DNA from: Octopus vulgaris
Lineage: Eukaryota
Assembly (NCBI GenBank): GCA_951406725.2
Contig: OX597838.1
Coordinates: forward strand, 12,772,001-12,836,000
Direction: 5' to 3'
Length of the DNA: 64,000 bases
Shown here: in pieces, positions 55,569-64,000 of the stretch
Layout: each line of letters starts with the position of its first letter
How positions within the stretch are numbered: the first letter of the stretch is position 1
Made by a program: the position numbers and the translations under genes
The notes under the pieces: generated by a model
What the model saw: only the letters and a program-made list of their open reading frames with translations
The model's database searches: none
What the model was told of the DNA's origin: nothing

Positions 55569-58500
55569 TACGACAGGCTTCTTTCAGTTTCCGTGTCTAC
55601 CAAATTCACTCACAAGGCATTGGTCGGCCCGGGGCTATAGCAGAAGACACTTGCCCCAGATGCCACGCAGTGGGACTGAACCCGGAACCATGTGGTTGGT
55701 TAGCAAGCTACTTACCACACAGCCACTCCTGCGCCTAGTATTTCTTTTTTTTTTTTGCTAGTTGCTAATAGATTATTCTAGAACAGCTGCTAATAAATCA
55801 ATGAAACGAAAACTGGTTATACTAACTTATTACACATAAAACACAGCTTTGCAGGTAAGGGGACAAGACCATTATCCAATTCGTGAGGTAACTTCTTCGG
55901 TGGATTCCGGTTGTCTTTCAACCATTTACGTTTACTGGTACCTACAAAAACAGAAACAAGCCCTTAAAAGAAGACATTCTCTACTATTTTCATGTAAGAT
56001 TATAAATGGTGGAACAAACAGTGAAAAAAAGCTGTGAAGAATTAAATTTGAAATTCACTTCCAGTTATCTAATTCTCCCATGTGGTCTGGTGATTAGGTT
56101 CAATTTCTGGCACGAGAACGTTTATTACCATGCAAGCATGGAATAGTGTGCATAAAATAATGATGATTATGAAGCGCAAGTGAGACCATAACCTTGTGGC
56201 CTAGGTCAGAAGTGTAACCAGTCCACTTATGCATACCTTTACTTCATCATCATCATCATCATCATCATTTAGCGTCCGTTTTCCATGCTAGCATGGGTTG
56301 GACGGTTCTACTGGGGTCTGGGAAGCCAGAACGCTGCATCAGGCCCAGTCAGATCTGGCAGTGTTTCTACGGCTGGATGCCCTTCCTAACGCCAACCACT
56401 CCATGAGTGTAGTGGGTGCTTTTTACGTGCCACCTGCACAGGTGCCAGACAGAGCTGGCAAACGGCTTTTACGTGCTACCGGCACGGGGGCCAGGCGAGG
56501 CTGGCAACCTTCATTGGATACTAAACTCTGCTTGCAAAGACCTGTTGAGGCAAGTGGAATCGAAATCGAAATCAAATTCGATGACTGGCATCCGTGCTAG
56601 TGGAACACTAAGAGTACCATACGAGCGAGATCATTGCCAGAGCAACAAGCTGGCCTCCGTGCCGATGGCACATTAAAAACACCATTCGAGCGTGATCGTT
56701 ACCTGCGTTGCCTTCCTAGCACTTGTGCTGGTGGTACTCCATGTTCACTCCAAGCAAAGAAAATAATTGTCATGTTATCCTTTATGGATTTCACTTCAAA
56801 AGCACCCAGTCCACACTGTAAAGTGGTTGGCACTTGGAAGGGCATCCAGCTGTAAAAACCATGCCAAAACTGACCCCGCCAACATAAGTGCCATGTAAAA
56901 AGCACTCAGCCCACTCTGCGGAGTGGTTGGTGTTAGGAACAGCATCCAGCCCTAAAAACCATGACAAAACAGACATTGAAGTATGGCACAAGCTCCTGCC
57001 TGACCAGTTCCTGTCAAACTGTCCAACCCATGCCAGCATGAAAGGCAGACATTAAACAATGGTGATGATGATGATGATGACGACTGGATCAACTCCAGTA
57101 CTTTTTCTCTTTTTTAAAGCCTGGCACTTATTCTATCAGCCTCTTTTGCTAAACTGCTAAGTTATGGGGACATAACACACCAGTCCCAAGTCAAACCATC
57201 TAACCCATGCCAGCATGGGTTGCAATGATGAAAATGATGATGATGATGATGATGATGGTCAATAAATACTGCTGGCAAAATTAGAAGTCTACACATAAAT
57301 AAAAATTAATTAGCTTGATTAGTTCACCTGGAAGAGGTTCTGTACAAACTATCTCCTTTGGAAGCTCAAACTGAGTTGGGTTGGTGAAGCGGGCAGCCTT
57401 AGCAAGCACAAGCAAAGGATGTAGCTGGTCTGTGTCCTCATTCATGTCCTCTTCCTCCTCTTCTTCAACTTCCATCTCGGTGACTCCATCTTTTGCAGAA
57501 CGTTTCGCTTCAGACTGGAAGCGAAATTTAAAAAAATTTTTTTTTTAAATAAAAAATAGAATGGTAGAAGGATAACAAATAAGAATTAAAAATTGAAGAC
57601 AGTAAAAACAGTTTCTATGATATTTAGGGATCTTTTCGGTTTGAATGGCAGTTTTTTCTAGCGGTGTCATATGAAATTGTCACCCATAATTATGACCCTA
57701 GTATCGATCTATTGCATTTCAATCTATTTTAGGGTTAGGGTTAGGATTAGAAGGAAGGGTATCTTTTTTTCTTCACAAATGTAAATAAACCCAATCTGTT
57801 TCTTAAACGAGGGACATATTCATACGGCACAGAATGTTTTTTACCTCTATAGTGTCAGTGATTGGTTGAAATTGCAGAAATTGAAGAAAAAAAACAACAA
57901 ATATCTTACAAACTATAGAATTTTCTCAATAAAGCCATGAGAAAAAGATGTTTTATAAACACATTCTACCAGTATACGAAGTTTAAAATTTTTTAGTTAC
58001 CTAGAAATTATGCTAAAAACTGCCGTTCAAACCGAAAAGATCCATATTTAGTAGAAGGCACCATAGGCAAGTGTCTTCTACTAAATATATATATTTATAT
58101 ATAAGGTTGACAAAAACTTCCTCTCAAGATTTAGCATTGAATAACTCACCTCAGCAGCTAATAAGGTGCAACGGCGACAAACCCACTCTCCAGATGGTAC
58201 GTCATCTTCTGTTAAAGGGGGATCACTGAAAAAGAAGGTGTCAGAACAAGTAGTTAGCAAGCTATTCAAAATATATTTTAACAAGCAGCTAAGCCCGGTT
58301 TCACCCGGTCTGTTTGGATGATGTGGCTGTGATCGTTTTCGGTTGGGCATAACCTTTAACAGCATTTCCCAACCTTATCGTTTCGGGTCCCCTGTTTCGA
58401 TTGGAGCCTCCAGCTGTATGAAAATTTCCTGACTCCCGCACCCCTTTGTCAGAAAACAGCTTCAGGAGTTGTGAAGAACGAATTTGTACGTAGTCTGTTT

Positions 58501-59141
58501 CTGAGAGCTATTCTATTGAACCTCTGTCCAATCGTTAAAACATTGATTTAATTATGAACATAGAAAGAAATTATACATTAATCCCTATTTTTGTAAGCAG
58601 TTGTAAGAAGATATATGAAATGGATGTGTGTGTGTGCATGTGCGTGTGTGTGTGTGCATTCATGTGTGCTTGCGCGTGTGTATGTGAGAGAGAAAGAGGG
58701 TAAGAAAGAGAGATAGAGTTGAAGGGTTTAGTAAAACAAATTGACCCCAGTACTTATTTTATTCCTAAGTCTGATACTTATTATGTTGATCACTTTTGCT
58801 GAACTGCTAAGTTACAGAGATGTAAATAAACCAATACCAATTTTCATAAAGTGGTGCACACAAGCACACACACACACACAAATAACAACTGATGAGAAAT
58901 GGGACCAAAGGGGACAGCACAACCATGGGGACAATGGAAACATATATCGATATACTTACTGACATTGCAAATGAAAGGCAGCTGGACATCGGTCACAGCA
59001 AAGTAGATCACCACCTTCTTTACAGCTATCACAACAATCATGGTTGACAGTACGTCCAGGGCGTCGATACTCTCTCACCGGTCTTTTGGGTTTTCTGGAA
59101 GGATCTTCAGAGGTTGGTGGAGCTACCAACTTTAAGATTTG
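41653..59141 (-). CDS. PHF12: PHD finger protein 12 orthologue (spliced, 14 coding exons in window, 5' exon missing)
   Basis: GT-AG exons join in phase into 3348 nt ending in TAG. Recognisable segments: PHD1 ([28 protein letters not shown]), PHD2 ([27 protein letters not shown]) and FHA-region motifs ([48 protein letters not shown]), all matching vertebrate PHF12 as I recall it. Confidence 0.95.
42942..43386 (+). mobile_element. SINE family A abutting a PHF12 splice donor
   Basis: Full-length copy flanked by the direct repeat aatactca. Confidence 0.88.
43394..43678 (-). CDS. PHF12: PHF12 exon, FHA
   Basis: ctgcag| [29 protein letters not shown]...MSAKWRG |gtgagt; 285 nt. Confidence 0.95.
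44648..44730 (-). CDS. PHF12: PHF12 exon, FHA
   Basis: gtaaag| [28 protein letters not shown] |gtaaag; 83 nt. Confidence 0.95.
45877..45978 (-). CDS. PHF12: PHF12 exon, start of FHA region
   Basis: tttcag| [33 protein letters not shown] |gtaatt; 102 nt. Confidence 0.93.
46347..46765 (+). mobile_element. SINE family A, full length
   Basis: Near-identical to other family A copies. Confidence 0.88.
47616..47724 (-). mobile_element. R4/Dong-like non-LTR fragment next to (TAA)n
   Basis: [34 protein letters not shown] matches the ETE..I.AAQEQAL.T motif of R4-clade elements. Confidence 0.75.
48438..48548 (-). CDS. PHF12: PHF12 exon
   Basis: tttcag| [25 protein letters not shown]... |gtatgg; resembles the vertebrate LDEKLIKFLALQRIHQL segment. 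Confidence 0.88.
48770..48904 (-). CDS. PHF12: PHF12 exon
   Basis: ttttag| GSKAVPT...[19 protein letters not shown] |gtagag; 135 nt; an alternative in-frame GT lies 9 nt upstream. Confidence 0.8.
50030..50115 (-). ncRNA. Type I hammerhead ribozyme motif, sense within a PHF12 intron
   Basis: AUUUUC CUGAAGA GAAGGCUGCAAA ... UUUGCAGCCUUU GAAA C auau G UA GAAAAU: 6-bp stem I, 12-bp stem II, GUA triplet. Confidence 0.85.
50430..50915. repeat. 133-bp tandem repeat built from SINE family C subunits
   Basis: gcaccatc recurs at 50508, 50641, 50774 and 50907. Confidence 0.9.
51135..52455 (-). CDS. PHF12: PHF12 large low-complexity exon (Ser/Thr/Asn-rich)
   Basis: ttccag| [16 protein letters not shown]... 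open for 1321 nt to ...SAPLS G|gtatgt; phases fit both neighbours. Confidence 0.9.
52947..53171 (-). CDS. PHF12: PHF12 exon
   Basis: tttcag| [17 protein letters not shown]...ATIEEQEE |gtgagt; 225 nt. Confidence 0.93.
53880..54541. repeat. (GAA)n polypurine tract, about 660 bp
   Basis: Almost pure A/G on the plus strand. Confidence 0.97.
54593..54763 (-). CDS. PHF12: PHF12 exon
   Basis: taacag| [16 protein letters not shown]...[17 protein letters not shown]...SIS |gtaagt; 171 nt. Confidence 0.93.
55077..55209 (-). CDS. PHF12: PHF12 exon, PHD2
   Basis: ctccag| [44 protein letters not shown] |gtgagt; 133 nt. Confidence 0.96.
55320..55736 (-). mobile_element. SINE family A, full length
   Basis: Reverse complement of family A. 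Confidence 0.88.
55827..55941 (-). CDS. PHF12: PHF12 exon, start of PHD2
   Basis: ttgtag| GTSKRKW...[19 protein letters not shown] |gttagt; 115 nt. Confidence 0.95.
57328..57514 (-). CDS. PHF12: PHF12 exon
   Basis: ttccag| SEAKRS...[31 protein letters not shown] |gtgaac; 187 nt. Confidence 0.92.
57628..58043. mobile_element. TIR MITE (Merlin- or MULE-like) with internal TTAGGG units
   Basis: 28-bp TIR ggatcttttcggtttgaatggcagtttt / aaaactgccgttcaaaccgaaaagatcc (1 mismatch); exact 8-bp TSD atatttag. Confidence 0.88.
58150..58225 (-). CDS. PHF12: PHF12 exon, PHD1 C-terminal part
   Basis: ttcag| (H)[25 protein letters not shown] |gtgagt; 76 nt. Confidence 0.95.
58280..58560 (-). mobile_element. 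Probable decayed Helitron 3' end
   Basis: aacaagcagctaagcccggtttcacccggtc resembles the ACTAG plus hairpin end at 5686, with one substitution. Confidence 0.4.
58960..59141 (-). CDS. PHF12: PHF12 exon, PHD1 N-terminal part
   Basis: ttaacag| QILKLVAPP...[28 protein letters not shown] |gtaagt; 182 nt. Confidence 0.95.
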
Positions 59142-59740
59142 CTGTTAATGAAGGTGAAAGGAAAAACAAAAATGAGTCATGTATGTTATAACTGAGTCCT
59201 ATCAACCCTTTTGATAATAATCCCACCTGAGACAGCCCTTCATTCTCTGGTAAAAGCTCCCTGTTTTAAAGTAATTTAAATTAAAACCTTCCAAACACCA
59301 GCTTAATAATTGACTTAGCCCTTAATTTCAAAATTAACAAAAGCAGTGCATTCCAACAGAAATATGGTAACAAAAGGGCTAACATCATCATCATTTAGCA
59401 TCTGGAAGAATTACCCACAGGTATAGGCAAGTATTTCATTTATTTCTTACCGTATTTATCGCTGATGAGGAGAAAATTCTTATGAATTAACTGTGAAATT
59501 GGGACCGATATAATAACAACGGAATTTTTTAGAAATTTCTGTCGGCTTACTTCGAGATGTGTGCTTATAGTAATAAATTATATGGTTATTGACAAATTTG
59601 TCTATTTTCGGCATATTTGGTATTAGAATTTTTTTCTTTTGCCCTCATTTATAAGTTGTTTATGAATTTAACCTTTAAAGGTATTTTTTAATATGCTGGC
59701 CATTGATAGAATTTTTTTGAAAAATTTTATCCTATATTAG

Positions 59741-59810
<70 letters not shown>

Positions 59811-60024
59811 CAATTTTGTAAATAAAACATATGCATACATACATAAAAATATGTACATACTTACATCTATATGTATATATACATGCATATATGAGTAAAG
59901 GACACCACAAATAAATGTAGAACACAACGAGAAATGAAAACATAAAACCAAACAAGGAAACGGACTTTTTTTAACAACGAAAAAACAGAGTATAAGACAA
60001 ACAACAATCTTCTTCCAAGTAAGT

Positions 60025-60730
<706 letters not shown>

Positions 60731-61010
60731 GCCAGCCTCGCCTGGCCCCTCGCCTGGCCCTCGTGTGGCACATAAAAAGCACCATTCGTTCGTGGCCGTT
60801 TGCCAGCTCTGTCTGGCACCAGTGCGGGTGGCACGTAAAAAGCACCCACTACACTCACGGAGTGGTTGGCGTTAGGAAGGGCATCCAGCCGTAGAAACAC
60901 TGCCAGATTTGACTGGGCCTGATGAAGCCTTCTGGCTTCACAGACCCCAGCAGAACCGTCCAACCCATGCTAGCATGGAAAACGGACGCTAAATGATGAT
61001 GATGATGATG

Positions 61011-61041
<31 letters not shown>

Positions 61042-61046
61042 TATAC

Positions 61047-61133
<87 letters not shown>

Positions 61134-63322
61134 CATACACACACATGCACAGACAGACACACACACACACACACACACAGAGAAATTCTAGCATGGATAT
61201 ATGTAAGTGAGTAAACAAACCTGTTTCTAAGAAAGTCAAAAGAATAAATCAAAGTGAGAACAAATGTGACATTTTGACAAGACCAACCACAACTATCCTG
61301 GTGCGTCTTTCAACATTTCTAAGCTATTTCGGAGCCTTTTTTACAAACAAATGACAGCAATGGACATTGAAACCTATCTCACGTTAATTTTCCCCACCTG
61401 TACCCTCTTTGCTCTTTGCCATGCTTACATGTCAAGGTGGTTTAATGAAGCAGAGATGTTTGTCTTCATGCTGGCTAAATCACTAGACGTGTCCTAGTTT
61501 ATCCATTTATAAAATAAGATATAACAGTAAAAACATTGGTCAGTCATTACACTTTATTGTTTGTCATCAGTGAAGTTGGATGCGCACTGCTGGCTGTTGA
61601 TGCTGTTTAATACCAGGTCAGCCTGAATCCAATATATACATTGTTTCACGTCCCCCTTCCATGCTGGCATGAGTTGAATGGTTTGACAAGAGCTGGCCAG
61701 GTGGGAGCCTGCGCCATGCTTCTGAGCGTGTTTTGAAGTGGTTTTTAGGGCTGGATGCCCTTCCTAACACCAACCACCCCATAGAGTGGACTGAGTACTT
61801 TTTACGTGGTGCCAGCACAGGTGGGGTCAGTTTTGGCATGGTTTTTAGGGCTGGATGCCCTTCCTAACACCAACCACCCCACAGAGTGGGCTGAGTGCTT
61901 TTTACGTGGCACTCACACAGGCGAGGTCAGTTTTGACATGGTTTTTACAGCTGGATGCCCTTCCAAATGCCAACCACTTTAGTGTGGACTGGATGCTTTT
62001 TATGTGGCACCTGCACTGGTGAGGGTCACCAAGTGACTTTGCAAGACAAAACGTCTTTGAGAGGGGAAGAGGCACTGGAGGATGTGATTTTGTGTCAGAT
62101 GATGAAAGATTTGAGTGTCACAGAGAGGCAGAAATAGATGTCTTGCTGTAGAGGAGGTGCATGGTTACCCAACAAGGCAAGGGAGAGAGAGAGAAAGGAA
62201 GAGAAAGAGAGTGAAAGTTAACAGGAGTGAGGGCAGAAACAGTTACCTAGATAGAGAGAGTGGGTGTTAACAAGAGATGTGCTGCTGTAAAGGAGATACA
62301 AGGTTACCTAGCCAGGGGGTTAGGGCAAGGGAAGGACGGAGAGAGAGAGAGAGTGATCAAGAATTAGGGCAATAATGGATTTGTTGCTGTAGAGGAGATA
62401 CGTGATTACTCAGCCAGAGGGGAGAGCAAGGGAAAGAGAGAGAGGGAGAGAGGGAGAGTAGGAGAGGGATGACGGCAAGAGGCAGGGTATCCTTGCAAGG
62501 AACAGGGATCAGAGAATAGAGTAAGGAAAAGGGAGATGAATTGTGATATATATAGGAAACAAGTTTAAAATAATGGTTATTATATGTTTTTTTTCCTTTA
62601 TTGGAGCTAACATTAAGTTATCTAAACTTTCGAAAATGCATTTCAGCAAAATGTAATTTTTAAATATATATTTAAAGAATTATGAATAAACAAAGCCAGG
62701 GGAGGTAGAGAGAAAAATCTGTCATCGACAGCTCTGCAAAATTTAATTTCAACCTATGTATTTTCCAAAGAGTCCTGCAGAAACAAATTCCTTCCATAGT
62801 TTTATAACGACGAACTCAGGAATTTAAAAAGAAAAAACACTTCAAAATCTGAACAACACCACGATTGTCTCCCCTTGCTATTTTCGGTGTCAACGAAAGG
62901 CAGTAAGCAACTAAAATATATTCCGCAGCTTTCCACCTATTTATTATCAAAGATCGTTCAAAGAATTCAAGAATCTCTCTATATATATATATGTATATAT
63001 TATCCAACTTCCACTGCGCGATATTTTTCATGGCAAAATGTAAATCTTAAATAGTAAAGAAAACTACTTTGAATCACATGTGAAAAAGTAAAGGTCATGA
63101 TGAAACAAATAGTACTCTACCAGTTTAGTTCACAAAATAGACCCAGTACTTAAATGTATTATGATATATATATACATATATATACATATATATATACATA
63201 AATATATATGTATGAAACTACAGGAGTAGTTGAAAGCGATAATATGAAGAAATAATATGTGATATGTAAATAAATATATATTTTTGCAACCATCCAGCAT
63301 TCTGAACACATATTTTCTTTCA

Positions 63323-63363
<41 letters not shown>

Positions 63364-63593
63364 CCCATGCTAGCATGGAGAACGGACGTTAAACGATGAT
63401 GATTGGAATAATCATTAATTTCACCAAGTAGGGTTCGGCATGTAAAAGCCCCATTCAAGGAAGGTTTAAGTAATACTAAGTAATTAAGGGTTTAGCAACG
63501 ATTTAAGTAGAAAGAATAGCCAAAACTCTTTGACTGCTATTTCTAAATTCGGTGTGTGGTGAGGCAAATCGTTACTAAACCCTTAATTACTTA

Positions 63594-63653
<60 letters not shown>

Positions 63654-64000
63654 CGAAATGTTAGCACCAAGCAGAGTTTAGGCATAAGCAAAATGTAGGT
63701 TAGTTAAAATGAGTGTAGGACAAAGGCCCCATAGTTCAAGTGTAAAAGTGGACAGAAGCCCCACGGTTAAATTTTTCAACTATTTTTCGTTTTTTTTCTT
63801 CACCTTTTACTTGTTTGAGGCCATGCTGGCTTGAAGAATTTTTAGTTGAACATATGGACCCCAGAATTTTGTATATTTTTACTTGTTAGTTATAAGGCTG
63901 CGACCATGCTGGGGCACCACTTTTTGAAGAATTTTTAGTCGAATCTAACGACCCCAGATTTATTTTTAATGATTTTGAACCAGCACATGAACTTAAACCT

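Overview
Eukaryotic, AT- and microsatellite-rich genomic DNA; the SINE content suggests an octopus or other coleoid cephalopod (inference). The right third holds 14 minus-strand coding exons of a PHF12 orthologue (PHD-PHD-FHA chromatin protein). They span 59141 to the stop at 41653 and give 3348 nt in frame, about 1115 aa; the ATG exon was not found and is probably beyond 64000. The left half appears to hold the 3' end of an unidentified plus-strand gene (candidate microexons and terminal exons). The rest is tRNA-derived SINEs, MITEs (hAT-, piggyBac- and Merlin/MULE-like), a Helitron, LINE and Tc1 fragments, and simple repeats. The most notable signal is three intact-looking minimal type I hammerhead ribozyme motifs (16697-16755 minus, 39726-39862 plus, 50030-50115 minus). 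Each has a palindromic stem III, and they sit in three different non-coding elements. One is in sense orientation inside a PHF12 intron at the tip of a ~190-nt rod. Several decayed hammerhead relics and foldback inverted repeats accompany them. Most long ORFs in the supplied track are microsatellite or SINE artefacts. All coordinates were read by hand; repeat boundaries are approximate.
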